DNA from: Callorhinchus milii
Lineage: Eukaryota
Direction: 5' to 3'
Assembly (NCBI RefSeq): GCF_018977255.1
Contig: NW_024704742.1
Span: forward strand, 133,798,001 to 133,862,000
DNA length: 64,000 nt
Shown here: one piece after another, positions 1 through 13,925 of the stretch
How the letters are laid out: each line of letters begins with the position of its first letter
How positions within the stretch are numbered: the stretch's first letter is position 1
Program-made: the position numbers and the translations under genes
The notes under the pieces: generated by a model
What the model was told of the DNA's origin: nothing
The model's input: the letters and a program-made list of their open reading frames with translations, nothing else
Databases searched by the model: none

Positions 1-1385
1 TATTCCTTCCTCCCTATCTCTCCCTCCTCTCTCTCACCCACGATCACCTCCATGAAACCCACCACTTGCTGCCTCGACCCCCTCCCCACCAACTTGTTGG
101 TCACCCAGCTCCCCCTCCTCTATCCACTGTTGGCCAACGTCATCAACCAGTCCCTTTCCTCCGGATCAGTTCCTGCCCCCCCTCAAAACTGTTGTCATCA
201 CCCCCTCCTCAAAAAACCTTCCCTAGATCCCTCAAACCCCAGCCACTACTGCCCCATTTGTATCCTGCCCTTCCTTGCTGAAGTCTTAGAACTCGTTGAT
301 GCCAATCAACTTCACGCACACCTCTCTTCCCACTCCCTCTTCGAACCCCTCCAGTCCGGTTTCCACCCTGCCCACAGTACAAAGACTGCGCTTGTGAAAG
401 TCACAGACGACATCCTCTCTATCTGTGACCAGGGCTGTCTCTGCCTCCTTGTCCTCCTGGACCTCTCCACCGCGTTCGACACAGTCGACCATGCCATCCT
501 CCTCCACCGCCTTTCCTCTGTCATCCACCTCAGTAGGACCGCACTCGCCCCGGTTCGAGTCCTACCTCACAAACCGCCAGCAGTACATCTGCACAAACGG
601 CTTCTCCTCCTGCTCTCACCTGGTTACCTGCAGGGTACCCCAAGGATCCATCCTTGGCCCCCTCCTCTTTCTGATCTACATGCTCCCTCTTGGGGATGTC
701 ATCAGACATGGGTACATTTCCACATGTACACAGATGACACCCAACTCTATTTTTCCACCCCTCTTTACGACCCCCAGTCCCCTGATGTCAGTCAGCCTGC
801 CTGTCAGATCTCGGGCTGGATGAGCGCAAATTTCCATACTCTTTGTCTCGACGTCTCAAATCCCATGGCTCTCACCTCCTCCACCTACCCACCTCCACCT
901 AAAACTCTCCGAACCTGTATGCAATCTTGGCATCAGGTTCAACCCCCAATCCTTGTCCTTCCTCCCCCATATCCGGTCCCTCACCAGCACAGCTTTCTTC
1001 CATCTCTGACACATCACCCGTCTCCGTAAATACCTCTCTCCAAAGCCACTGAAACCCTAGTACATGCCTTTGTCACCTCTCGGCTGGTCTACTCTAATGC
1101 CCTCCTCACCGGTCTCCCATCCACCACTATCCATAAAATCCAAATTATCCAAAACTCTGCCGCCCGCATTCTCACCAGCACCAAATTACGTTCCCCGATT
1201 ACTCCATTCCTTGCCAGACTGCAATGGCCACCTATCCCAGAGAGGATCGACTTCAAGATCCTCACCTTTGTATCCCTTCCTATTTTCAGTTCTCTGCTGA
1301 AGACCTTTTTTTTCGACAGCACCTTTGGTCACCTTCCTTCCCCTCCCCTCTGACTCTGCTCCCTGTCCACTGGTACTATTCCCAC
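1..1385 (+). mobile_element. L2 (LINE2) fragment, decayed reverse transcriptase and 3' part of ORF2
   Basis: ORFs 52-1029 and 425-823 carry RT motifs (QSGF..HST.TAL, LLDLSTAFDTVDH, VPQGSILGPLLF, YTDDTQLY) split by frameshifts; C-rich strand typical of L2. Confidence 0.9.
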
Positions 1386-2345
1386 CCCTTTAAAAGCAGC
1401 TGTCATCATTCCTATCCTTAAGAAGCCTCCCTAGACCCATTCCTGCTCTCAAACTACCGTCCCATCTCCAACCTTCCTTTCCTCTCCAAGGTCTTGGAAC
1501 GAGTCGTTGTTTCCCAGCTTTGCTCCTTCCTCTCCCGCCACTCCCTTCACGAACACCTCCAACGGGTTTCTGTGCCACCCACAGCACAGAACCAGGCCTG
1601 GTCAAAGTGACAAAAGACATTCTGACCATCTGAGCTCCCTCTGCCTCCTCGTCCTCCTTGACTTCTTGGCTGCTTCTTCTTTGTCACCATTGACCACTCT
1701 ATCCTCATCCATCACTTCTCCTCTCACCTCAACCTTCAAGGCTCTGTCCTTGAATGGTTCAGATTGTACCTCTCACACCACCTCCACTTCATCTCCAGAA
1801 ACTGTTTCTCCTCTAGCCCCCGGACCGTCTCGTGTGGCGCTCCTCAGTGCTCTTGGTGCTCTTGGTGACATCATCCGCCGTCATGGGGTCATCTTCCACA
1901 TGTATGCGGATGACATCCAACAGTATCTCTCTGCCTCCACCCGTGACTGCAGGACAACTGCTGTCCTGACAGAAAATCTGTCAGACATCAAGTCCTCGAT
2001 GAGAGCTAACTTTCTTCAGTCAACAAGACCAAGGCTCTCCTGATTGGCTCCCATCAGCGCCTCCATACCAGGCGCTGACAGCATCACCATCTCCGGATGC
2101 ATACTCCACTTTACTAAACTAATCCGGAACCTTGATGTCCTGTTTAACCCTCAAATATCCTTTCTACCCCACCACTGCATCATGACCCGCTCTGCCTTCC
2201 CCCAACTCTGCAACATCACCGGCTCCACCACTGTCTCATATCGTAGGCCGCCCTAACCCTCATACACGCATTCATTACATTGAGACTTGTATATGCAAAC
2301 TCCTTGCTTGTCAGCCTCCCCAATTTCTCCATCTTCACTGTTGGA
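1386..2345 (+). mobile_element. Second L2 fragment, decayed RT
   Basis: Restarts at the 'P.LKK.SLDP' region; contains FHMYADDIQQYLS in ORF 1507-2043; multiple frameshifts. Confidence 0.85.
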
Positions 2346-2814
2346 AGCTGTGGTTGAAGCAAACTTGACGTATTTAAGTGGAATCTTGATGCAAACATGA
2401 GGCAGAAGGCAATAGAGGAATTTGGGATGTTTTTCTGGTATTATCAAGGACTACGTACTAAAAATAATTTATGATAATAAGCATGGTTCTTATAATCATC
2501 AGTGAAACTAGGACAATGAAATAAGACTATTCAGAAATGGCTTGACAAAATATCAATCTACTGCAAAAGTAACTATTTTAAGAAGTTCAAACAAACTAAG
2601 TAAAATAATCTCCATTGCTTTTGCAAGATGGTTCCATGGCTGACCTAGGACTGAAAAACACTTAGAAACTACCTCTACATAGTGCTTTAAACTGTAATAA
2701 CATAATAATAATAATCCTTTTAATGTATAGCACCTTTCATCTCAGGAAGACTCTAAAGTGCTTCACAGGGATGCTGTAAAGTGTAGTGACTTTGTATTTT
2801 GTAGGTTCTTGTGT

Positions 2815-3180
2815 AATAGTAATAATCCTCCATTAGATGTAGCACCTTATCACGTGGTTGAGATGTCTCAAAACGTGTCACAGAATATACTGTAAAGTGA
2901 ATTCACTGTATATTTTGTGGGGAAAACATGGCAGCCAATTGCGCACAGCAGTGTCCCACAAACAGTCAAACCAAATTAATATTATTTTTTTGAAGGGATT
3001 ATTACTCACTGAAAGCACCCCACTAATCAACTAACAACCGGGTTCCTACTTGTTGCTAAATAAACAGAGGTGTGTGGAGTACGGAAACTTGCCTAAGTTC
3101 CTAAACTTCCCTGTCAGGAATCAAACCTGGGTCCTCTTTCTTGCAAGGCAAGTGCTCTAACCAATACGCTACAAGATTCA
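2815..3180 (-). mobile_element. tRNA-derived SINE, long form (head, CORE-like segment, Deu 3' part, L2 tail)
   Basis: Reverse strand shows a tRNA-like head, GGCAAGTTTCC..CTCCACACACCTCTGTTTA..AGCA, GTTTGTGGGACACTGCTGTGCGCAATTGGC and a (TTA)n tail. Confidence 0.8.
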
Positions 3181-3699
3181 AGGCTTCAACCTTAACTGTC
3201 ACTTGCGGCAACAAATTTCCGTCTTCTAATCTTTTTCTGTGTGAAAATGTTTCTTCAAGTCTCTCAGCACCCTTAGCTCTCTTTTCCAGTGACCAATGCT
3301 GAGTTTAAAGTCATACAGCAGATTGCAGAGAATAATTATAATGAATCCTAGAAGGGTGGAAAGATAATATAAACGAGGATTGCAGAGCTGACGGCAATGA
3401 GGATCAAAAAAATTCTTTTATCCTAGCCCTGAGTATTTTATGGATGAGTTTACTGATCTAGAACAACTAATGAGCATGCTTTGGGGACATCTGGTGCTAT
3501 GCTAACGTTCCCGGAGTCTTACTGGTTTCATTCGTTTTGTGTCAAAGATTAACTCCCCATTGGTGTTGATGAAGCACTCGCTCATGTAGAATACAAAAGA
3601 AGTAAATGTTCCAGCTGTAGAAACCCTTCGATAGAACACATTTGGAGTTACGTGTACAGTTTGGGGCATTATCTACTGTCCTCTGGGGAGGGTGGGGGA

Positions 3700-3910
3700 G
3701 TGATGGTAATGGTTCTCCTTGGAATTCAGCTGGTTCCAAGTTGATGTGCTTCGCAATGAAATGTCGGATTTGAGTCAACCCTCAATAGCGGTCTTGGTCT
3801 GATTCCTGAGCCAGGCGGGTCCGCAGGACTCCAGGGTACTGCTGGTGACAGCACAGCCAGACTGGCTCATCGGCAGGAGTTAGAGGGGCAGACCAGTCAC
3901 TCAGAATAGG
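3700..3910 (+). repeat. Fragment of unclassified dispersed repeat (same family as 21510-22060)
   Basis: Shares TCTCCTTGGA..AGCTGG, TTCCTGAGCCAGG.GGGTCC.CA and CTCATC.GCAGGA...GAAGGGCAGACCAGT blocks with other copies. Confidence 0.7.
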
Positions 3911-3919
3911 GATCTAATT

Positions 3920-4510
3920 TATTTTCACGACCCTGCGGTGAAATAACGACTGACGCAAATGTTGTACAATTGATCAAGGTTTATTAATTCTGATTAATAA
4001 TAGTTACAAGTAATTAAAAGAATACATCCAATTATGCTTACGTATCCACGTATATGTAGTTCACAGCGATTTAAGTTGACAAAACCAAATGCTGTCGGAG
4101 AGATAGAGGAGCAATGTGCAATTTAATGTCCCATTTGAATCCAATTTAAGTCCTCAAAAGGTATCCAAGTATTATTATACGGTTCCCCGATATCACCCAA
4201 AAGTATCCAGGTATTATTGTACGTTTAGTGTTGTTTAAATCATAGTCTTGATCTCCCTTTAGAAACTGGAGTATGGTTCGCGACTCCAAGTTCCAATTTC
4301 TTTTTTCTCTTTCGAATTGATCTCTATTCTGTTCGAATTGATTATACCGTTGATTAGGTGACCTTTCACCTATTGTTTTTTGCAAGATGGTTCCTTTGTA
4401 AATACAGATGCCACACAACTCTCTCTCTCTCCAGCTGCTGACCATTTTTCATGAGAAAATGACTAATAAGGAATGAAAACAGTTTGCTGTTTATAAACAG
4501 TCTTTTGTTT
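3920..4510 (-). mobile_element. Possible LTR-like insertion (unclassified)
   Basis: Unique, CpG-containing block between two repeats; minus strand has TATA-like TTTATAAA (~4490), a GA run and AATAAA (~3980). Termini not resolved. Confidence 0.3.
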
Positions 4511-4899
4511 CTAATCACAACCAGCTCCCCTCATGTGAGATTGATCATATGTTTCAAATATATATAAACATAGCAAACATAATGGTTCTGTTGATACCAA
4601 TTTTGCCTCTGAGTCTGAAGGTTGAGGGTTCAAGACCCACATCAGAGAATAATAATAATAATAATTCTTGCATTTGATATAGTTCTTTTCACATCTTCTA
4701 GACGTCTCAAAACGCTTCACAGAATAGACTGCAAAGTGAATTGACTGTATATATTTGTGGGCGAAATGCAAACTTACAATCCAAGCTGACACTCTTGTGA
4801 GCACAGAGGAGGAGCAGAGGCGACTTCCATCAGGTGAAACGTTAATCCGAGGTTTGGGCGGACGTGAAAGATATCAAGCACTGCTGGGGAACTTCACTT

Positions 4900-5275
4900 A
4901 GAGTCCTACAGTGACTACAGCTAACGCACGCTCGCTCGCAAGTGAGAGGACCCGGGTTCGATTTCCGGGCGGAGCGAAATCTTAAGCAAGCCCTTACTCC
5001 ACTCACCTGTTTACCTAGCAGTAATAGGAACCTGGTTGTTAGTTGATTGATGGGTCCCTTTCCGGGGGTAATAATCCCTCCAAAAAAATGTGGTCACTCA
5101 ATCCACAACTGGTTGTGGGACACTGCTGTGCACAATTGGCTGCCGAGTTTTGCCACAAAATGCACAGTCAATCCTCTTCACAATGTATTCTGTGAAGCGT
5201 TTGAAACGTCTCAATAACTGAAAAGGTACCATATCAAATGTAAGGATTATTATTATTATTTTATTATTATTATTG
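4900..5275 (+). mobile_element. tRNA-derived SINE, long form
   Basis: Head with B-box GGTTCGATTTCC, CTGTTTACCTAGCAGTAATAGG segment, Deu-like 3' block, (TTA)n tail. Confidence 0.8.
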
Positions 5276-6204
5276 TCATCTGTAACAGCCAACCGAGCAG
5301 GCAGACGGGACCTGGGTTTCGAGTCTAATCAGAATCCCATTGTGTTTGCGGTGGCTTTAGTCCAAAGGGCTTTAATGCAATCCAGCTGCACAGCCGCCTC
5401 AATTTATTCATTAAAATTACTTGGGGGCCACTATACAGGGTAAAGCCTGTTGAAGTTGTCCAGAGATATCTCGAGAACTGATGTGTCCCAACCTGCAGAT
5501 TAGGACAACATAAAGAGATCAAAGCCAAGAAGTAGGGACGAGTTTCATTTACTATTTCCTAAAGATTTTGTTTTCCACCCTTAACTAATGGGTAAGATAC
5601 AGCCAGCACGGAGGCTGTTTTGACTGACAGCTGGAGATTTACAGCAAGTCTTTGCCTCCACATGATCAACACAAGAGTAAGTAACTGAGACGATCATAAT
5701 GACCTCTCAGACTGGTGCTGTGCAATTGTCGAGATTTTCACAGAGAATGTGAAATGAATCATTCAACAAATGTTATTACAAGATGTTAATTGGCAGATTA
5801 ATGCTCCAAATCTGGTGTGTTTTTTTTCTCTATCTCTTCTCAGAGCCACTGTATTGAGGATTTGGACTTAATTCTAAATTTGCAAGTGTGATAAATTCCC
5901 TACACGTTTTCGCTCTGCCTTGAGGCAGGTTTGCTCTTAAAGGTGCAATTTCCCACTGATTTTTCGCTATGTGAATTTTTTATTTTATTAAAAGGAAAGC
6001 AGGAAAATTAAAGTTTATGAAAAGCAAGACAGGAAATTAATTATTACATTGGACTCTGTTTGTATTAATGTCCGTACGTACAGAATGGGTTGAATAATAA
6101 ATAAATATTAGATTCCCATAAATAGAATCCTAGAAATGTCAGCAAACAAGGAGGTCATTTTAACTCACTTGACTGTTGGTGTAGGCTTTCACTTCTTCCC
6201 CTTT

Positions 6205-6500
6205 CTGTACACTACAACAATAACAACAACAACTTGCATTTATATAGTGCCCCCCACACAGGATAGCGGCCCGAACGCTTGACAGTGGCGGAACATGACC
6301 CCGAGCTGGAGGGAGGGGTTAGGCGACTATAAGAACAGTCAAAGAAGAAGATCTTCAGGTGCAACCTAAAAATGGGGAAGGAGGGGGCAGAGCGAAGGGG
6401 ATAGAAGAAGAGTGCTCCAGAGTTTTGGGCTGCAGTGGCTGAAAGGAGGACTACCAATAGTGAAATGGTGGGCATGAGGGACAAATGGGAGGCTGCACTT
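6205..6500 (-). mobile_element. L2 3' end fragment
   Basis: (TTG)n tail and TATATAAATGCAAG on minus; decayed 'F..HLK..FF' C-terminal coding. Confidence 0.75.
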
Positions 6501-6672
6501 CTAATCAGGAACTGAACTACTTAATTCTCTCTCTCTAAGGCAATTATATAGATAGGAATAGGAGACGTTTCAGTCTATTGAACATGTTCTCCCAGTTTAT
6601 TAGATCAGGCAGTTTCTTTAATCCCATTTGCCTGATTTTTCCACATACCCCTTAATAACATTAAATCTGAAA

Positions 6673-6833
<161 letters not shown>

Positions 6834-8289
6834 CTCCCTCTCTCTCTTAAACATCTAATTGATTCTGCCTCTACAGCATTCTGGGTCTGTCAATCCTGCA
6901 TTTTTCACAGCCTTCTGCGTGAAGAAATGTTATCTGATCTCACTTGCAACAATCCGTGATCTACTTTTAAGATTATACATTCCTTTCTTCTGGGTGTCTC
7001 TAACAGAAGGAAGGTTTGTCTACTGTCTGGGCAGGTTGCTTTACTCTGAATGCCAAAGAGCAGATAATTCAGCCAGGCAACTGACTAAATGCTCTATTCG
7101 GCAACTAGTCTAATTGCTCGATTCAGCACATTTACTGCAGTTTAAATAATGAATACAATTTCATTAGAAATGTGTAGGGAGAGATTCCACCTGAGGCAAG
7201 ATTGACCTTATTTATCTAATATTTCATAGCATCTAGAATTTAGGAACCTTGTTGATTTCTGCTGTAACTTTGAAGTCTGTTTTCTGCAGTTTCTTTAGGA
7301 AATTACAGCAGTCGTTAAGAATTTGCCAAATTTCAGCACCTTCTAAAATGTAACGCAAATAGAGTAAATCCAGAGTAAATAAATAGAGTAAATCTCGACC
7401 CGGGTGGAATTTCTCTCCATTAAAATTAAAACATACCCAATAAAATTGCTTTCTTTATAAGAACATTGGAGCCAATATTACTCTACAAAAATAATCACAC
7501 TTAATATGACACCTTATCATATTGTCAAGTCATGGCCAAGCACTTCACTTCAATCCAACAATGCAACACTTCCTCCCAACGCATAGCTCATAAACCCAAA
7601 GCAAACCAATGCATTGAAGCATCATCCTGCAGTATGAACTCCTGTCATGGGGCGTGAACCAACTGTCTTCTACAACAACAACAACAAGATTCCATTTATT
7701 GAGCGCCTTTCACGTCGGGAGGACGTCCCAAGGCTCTGAAATTGGAGGTGAGAATGCCACCAACTGAGCCAGGCTGACACTCTGATGATAGGTGAGGAAG
7801 GATGGAGGGGAAGAAGGTTTCAAAGCTTTGACAGCGGGTCAAGAGAGGAAATCCATTCCGACTAACCAGTAAGTGGTTCAGAGACAGCATCATGGACAAA
7901 CAACCCAGTTAAAAGGTAATTTGGCCCATCGTGCCTGAGCCAGCTGTCTGTAAGAGCGATCAGTTCTGTACCACTCCTTTTTTCTATAGCTTTTTATGCG
8001 TTTCCCTCAAAGATAGAACCAAAGAAATATATAACACAGAAGAAGGCCATTTGGCTTACCATTTCTGTCCTAACTCTTTTAAAGAACAATCCTTTCAATA
8101 CCATTTATCTGCCATTTCCCCCATACCCCTGTATAGTTTGCTCCTCCTCGGGTATTTATCTAACCACATTCGCTGTTCCGTTCCGTTTAAAATATTATCA
8201 CGGCTGAATGGCCTTATGTGCTGTAAATTTCTGTAGTTCTACATACTTGCTCCACTTATTCCATCCCCCCCGCCCCCACTCCAGAATCT

Positions 8290-8880
8290 ATAATCTTATA
8301 TTTGGCTAAGATTGGCTTGATTATGCAAATGCCCTGCTTGTGAGCCTTCCTAGTTCTTCGCTCCACAAGCTGCAGCTTGTGTCCTTGTATCAGGCTCCGT
8401 GATGCCATCACCTCCACCCTCGCCTGGCTCCACTGCGTCCCCATCTCTCGGAGGATCGAGTTCAAAATTATCGTCCTCACCTTCAAGGCCCTCCATGGCC
8501 TTACCCCCTCCTACCTCTCCGACTTGCTAACCCCTTATCAACCTGTCCACTCCCTCCGCTCAGCAGGCTCCAGCCTGCTCCACGTCACCCGGGCCCCTGC
8601 CGCCCCACCATCGGCAGTCGAGCCTTTAGCCTCTCTGCCCCCACCATCTGGAACTCCATCCCACATTCCCCTCACCTCGCTCCCTCCCTCCCTTCCCTCC
8701 TTCAAGGCATGCCTCAAAACCCTCCTCTTCGACCATGCCTTCAGCCACCTCCTTCCCTCTCTGCCCTACATCCTCCCTGATCCCCACACCGGCTTGGGTC
8801 CTATTCTCTGACTGTTCAGGTCCTTTGGTCGTCCTCCCGACATGAAAGGCGCTTTACACATGCAATTTTGTATTGTATTT
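8290..8880 (+). mobile_element. L2 3' fragment (ORF2 C-terminus and tail)
   Basis: LHCVPISRRIEFKIIVLTFKALHGLTPSYL..FKACLKTLLF; tail stem-loop GTCCTCCCGACATGAAAGGCGC. Confidence 0.9.
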
Positions 8881-9039
8881 GTCCAAATTAACAACAACAA
8901 CAACAACAACAACAAGATTCCATTTATAAAGCGCCTTTCACGTCAGGAGGACGTCCCAAGGCGCTGCACAGTTGGGTCATGACCCGAGCAGGGGGGAAAT
9001 GGTCAGGGTGAGGGGAGGGATGGGAGAAAATTAAATTAA

Positions 9040-9340
9040 ATTAAATTCAATCTGTCATTTCTCTGCCCAAATAACTAACCTGTCGGTGTCTCCCTGAAGT
9101 TGCTTACAAACTTCTTCACTGTGAGCTATGTTAGAGTCAAGGAGTCCAGAAAATTAAAAATTGTATCAGATTTTATCAGAATCTAGATCATTTATATAAA
9201 TGGAGAAAAGCAGTAGTCCTAACACAGACGCCTGGGAAACACAATTATTTATATCTCTCTATTCCAAATATCGACTCTGTACTCCAACCCTCTGTTGCTT
9301 ATCCTTTAACCAACTTTTGATCCATTTCCATCGAATTCCC
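9040..9340 (-). mobile_element. CR1-type LINE RT fragment
   Basis: Resembles the RT segment of the larger CR1 at 49020-51230 (decayed PQ.SVLG.LLF.IYINDL on minus). Confidence 0.65.
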
Positions 9341-11519
9341 TTTGAAACAGCAGGAGAGAGTTAATAGCGCAGCAAAAAGATTGAGTAACTGAACCCTAAT
9401 AAGGTACTGGCTAGGTGCAAAAACTCAGTGGTTACTTTAAATGAAAAACAATGGAAGGTTCACTTCCAAGTAGATACTGTGTTTGCCTTTATCAGAGAAA
9501 GTAAGGTCAGTTTGACTAATGCTGGTACATATTAATTAGAGTCTCGATTAAATTATTTTTAAATATTAATTAGACTTGTGCTAACAGTACTGAAATATTA
9601 ATCAGATCCTGACAGGAAATTGCTGAAATTTTTTTTTAAGTTCGCCAAACTTGGATTTTAAACAGTAATAATAATTCAATTTGATGAGCGCCTTTCATGT
9701 CAGGAAGACGTCTCAAAGCGCTTCGCAGGATATGCTGTAAAAGGTGGAACAACTGTTTTGCAGGCCAACGCGGCAGCTAATTTGTTCACAGCAATGTTCC
9801 AAAAAGAGCAGTGAAGTGGGATTGTTTTTTGCCATTCAGGCTAGCAGTCTCAAGCCTTGCTCACCAATAGGTAAAGAAACAATTTCCCTGAATTAGGGGG
9901 GAGATCAAATTTAAGACCTCTTCATCAGATCTGCAAAACAATTCGAAACAAACAAATCAGGGTAAAGCGCCCCACAGGAACAAGAATTTACAATAATACT
10001 CACCTTGCCTCAGGGAATATTTGGCATCTCAATATCAGTGGAGAGGGACTGCGAATTAATAGTGTGCATGCACAGAAATGTAATCCGGTTACAAATGGAA
10101 ACACACAGGTATTTAGAGAGAGAGAGAAAGAGAGAGAGACACACACCGAGAGATTGGGAGAGAAATACAGCCAAATACATATACTTAGATAGAGATAAAG
10201 AAAGAGAGAGAAAAAGAGAAACAAACACATGCAGACATTTAAAGAGATAAAGAGAGAGATACAAGCACAGAGACATTTAGAGAAAGAGAGAAACACACAA
10301 CAACAACAAAATTACATTTGTAAAGCGCTTTTCACGTCGGGAGGACGTCCCAAGGCTCTGGACAGACAGAGTTACGGACCCGAGCTGGGGGTCGGGGTAG
10401 GGAGGGTGGAGGGCACGGGGGGAAGCAGGGAGACACACAAGCACGCAGAAACCATTTTTACTACCTCTTTCCTTTCAGCATTAGATAGAGTTACATGGAA
10501 TGCTATGGCACAGAAACAGTTAATTCAGGGCAATTAGTTCCTGCCAGTGTTTTTACTCAACACAAGCCTTAATTTCCCTCTCCTATATGCTCCTAGAGTG
10601 CTCTGAGATGCTGCCTCATGCAAACGACGATATATATATATATATATGCAAGTTGTTATTATTCCCTTTTTAAATCACCCCGGGCTTCGAAACCCTCAAA
10701 CAAAACCTATCTCTTAGACCGTGCCTTTGATATTTAGCTGCAAATCCCATCGCTGAACGTAGTTCAATTAAGAGATATGCTTTTCCTTAGCCCTTCTATT
10801 TAATGATGTTACCTATATATTACCATTGATCTCTGGTCTTCACAAGTCAGATGACTGTAACGCACAAACTTGAAATTGATTTTCATTGATCTTTTGGATA
10901 ACCAGTCTGATAAGGGGATTATACTAATTTAATAATGTCTAATGTTAAATCCCACTTCTTATTAAGCCTCTGCAACATGCGGTTATCACTATATCAAATG
11001 AAAAGTGAGGAGTGAGATGTGATAATTCGCACCAGTGGAAATTCTCAGCATCATACGTTGCATTTTCATGTGGCATCCCATGAGAATTAGCACTAACGGT
11101 AATGATCACACAGTCTAAAATTCCACCCCTATTGACGTGTCTCAGTCAATATCCATGTCTTAACTCAACCTTACAATCTCCAAGTTCAAGGGAACACTGC
11201 TCCATTAGAATCCATTTTTGGAATGTAATTTCCTTGATGAATGGAGTGATTCAACTCAGAATTCTGCATTAAACTCTCTGGGATGCTACCCTGGATGACG
11301 GACGCTCTATAAATGCAAGCTGTTGTTGTTATGAAATCTGTTAAGAAATATCGTAAAATTGACCATGACTGTGTTATTTTCCAGTTTTCGGGAGGTGAGC
11401 AAGGTCTGCTTGGAGCTGAGCTCATTCCAAAGTGACGTGCTTGGCAACAGAATGTCAGAATCGAGCCCACACTTTGTGGCTGCCTTGGTAGTCCGATTTG
11501 GTTCATTGAGTTATTCAAG

Positions 11520-11680
11520 ACTGAGAATTTTTTAAAAACTAAAAGGATTAAGGAATATGAGGATAGGGCAGATAAGTGGAATTAGGTTAGAAGATCACCC
11601 ATGATCTTATTAAATGGCGGGGCAGGCTCGAGGGGCCGAATGGCCTACTCCTGCTCCTATTTCTTATGTTCTTATGTTCT
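11520..11680 (+). mobile_element. CR1 3' UTR and tail inserted in an unclassified repeat
   Basis: GGCTCGAGGGGCCGAATGGCCTACTCCTGCTCCTAT(TTCTTATG)n octamer tail; flanked on both sides by the 21510-type repeat. Confidence 0.75.
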
Positions 11681-12749
11681 TGAGCCAGGAAGGTCCGCAG
11701 TACGTGTCTCAGTCAATACTAGGACACAGATAATGATAGACTGACCTTAGAGGACTCACAGGGGTTTATTGGAGCCGGGGATCCTTCCTATTTGTCTTCT
11801 GTTAACCCTGCAAGTCATAGCCCCATGATTAACTAGCTAGGGCTGAGTAAGCCTAGGGCAAAAGCTGGTGTGGGGTCCTGGAGTTTAGTGGTTATAGCAA
11901 TCGTCTCACAAGCTGTTCCTTTCTGGCTGAGACAATCAATATTAATCTGACATCTTTAGAGATTTACCCCGTGCCAGGCCCTCCGCTCAGTGGGCACCAA
12001 CCAATTCCGCAATCCCCCTCCCGCCCCATGCACACCACCATTGGTGGGCGGGCTTTCAGACAGTCCACCAGCATTTAATCAGAAATCAATCCACAAGTGA
12101 AGAGGAAGGAGATTAAAAGATGTAGCGAGAGACCAGGAAATGGAGTTAGAGTAGAGATCCCAGTGGGGGTGGGCCCCAGCACAGACATAAGAGAGAGAGA
12201 GCAGGGAATGGGGTTAGAGTGGAGAGCTCCAGAGGGGCCTGTGAGGTGCATAAAGAATAACCTTTCTCTCCTCTCTCAGGCGGGTGAAGAGGAAATTCTA
12301 TATTCATAGATTATTTTCCCTGGAAAAGCCCCGAAGCCCCCGGCAGTGACTGAGGCTGACAGTGCAGTGGAATATGCCACCATCAGATGGGAGAAATGAT
12401 GTGGGACTGAGTGGGGATCGGGCGCAGGGACTGGGCGATTGGAGACATCGCCAACAACTGTTGTCCTGACAATGTCTGTCGGACATCAAGTCCTGGATGA
12501 GAGTTAACTTCAATTGAACGTCAGACAAGACCGTCCTATATGGTCTGTTATTACAGTGATACCTCTATATAGTCTGATATTAACAATGGCACCTCTATGT
12601 AGTCTGATATTAACCTTTTTCTTGGAATAAAACCATAGACCACACAAACAATGAACAGTAATCAGTACAGGCTTTATTACAAGCTTTATTACAAGCTTTA
12701 TTACAAACTTACCGGTAAGGGGAAGCACCCAATCAAGTTCCCAAGTCAC

Positions 12750-13466
12750 CCAAGATGGGGTGTAAAAGTACCGGCCTAATCCAGGGGAAGAGATTTGTAA
12801 GCTTTATTACCGCAGAGCCAAAACAGACCAGGTCGAAGTAAGGTAGGGTATCCTGTCGTATCGCTAGCAACAAGTCGCATGGCGGTCAGGAGAGGGCCTC
12901 AGGTAATGTTACAAGGATCGGGAGATGGACAAGGGAAAGTGATGGCATTAGTGAGAAGGAAACAACTACAATTAGAACTGCCCCCTTTTTCAGAATCCCA
13001 AGTATAATTAAGGTTAATGCCAAATGTTGGTGAAGAGTAATTATATGAGTCATTATGGTGTGTAGTAAAGGGGTGACCTGAATAAGATGGGGCTACCGAA
13101 GTGCTACTCGTAAAATCAAATGACAGGAGGGACTTGGCACGGAGCCTACATCAATACCATTGCCAGTGTCATTGCGCCGCACTCAAAGGTACACGCCTCC
13201 TTTAATGACTACTGTAGTTGGTTGGTGTCTATGAGCGGGGAAACTGGGAATCGAACTCGTCAAGTTCCCTTCATACCAAGAGTCGTTTGCAGGAATCGCC
13301 AGCCAATGTAGTTCAGAGGATGAAGCAGTTTGAGGTGAGTGTGTGCATACCCAGCAATCTGTCGCATTCCCTGGGTCACCACTGCTTGCATGAGTTCAAC
13401 AACTGAATTAGTCTTCCAGGTACTAGCAAATCCCAACAAAACACAAAGTAATATACACTTATACAT
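12750..13466 (-). pseudogene. env: Decayed ERV env (signal peptide and SU remnant)
   Basis: MYKCILLCVLLGFAST signal peptide begins 19 nt after the pol stop; downstream frames give Cys- and sequon-rich text (NDTG, NDSYNYS, NLNYT, NCSC, NIT) with stops and frameshifts; no TM subunit seen. Confidence 0.65.
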
Positions 13467-13484
13467 TATAATTAATTAAACAGT

Positions 13485-13925
13485 TCAACTGGTAAAAGGA
13501 GCTGGCTTGACGTGCGTAGCGTGTATCCAAGAAGACCTCCCTTCAAGCTTTATGGCAGTATGCGTTGTCAACAGGACAAGGTATGGTCCTTCCCACCGGG
13601 GCTCCAGGGAGTTTTTTCTCCAGAAAATCTTCACATAGATGTGATCGCCGGGGTGCAACTCATGGCAAGCATCTTCGGTCGGTCCCTGTTGTGCAGCTAC
13701 TACCTGAGAATGGAACATTCTAAAAGATTTAGTTAATGCAATGCAGTAAGCTAACAGAGTTTCGTCCATGGCATGCAGATCCATCTGCCTATCCGTGAGT
13801 GGTGCACTGATAGGCAACCTCAATGGTCGTCCCATAACAACTTCATGAGGAGAGAGACCTGTTAAGCGATTTGGACTCAAACACATAAGCATTAAGGCAA
13901 TCGGCAGGGCATATGGCCATTTCAT
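13485..13925 (-). pseudogene. pol: ERV pol integrase C-terminal region (GPY/F motif)
   Basis: W...LP.AL...R/C..P, GLSPHE..MGRP, WEGPY.VLLTT.TA and WIH..HVK motifs typical of class I ERV integrases; 5' part missing. Confidence 0.85.

Noticed and set aside
52..1029. Functional reverse transcriptase gene
   Set aside because: RT motifs are split across frames and the endonuclease domain is absent; decayed L2.
3290..3351. Possible terminal exon (TNAEFKVIQQIAENNYNES*) after a good acceptor
   Set aside because: Only 20 codons, no recognisable homology and no firm upstream exon.
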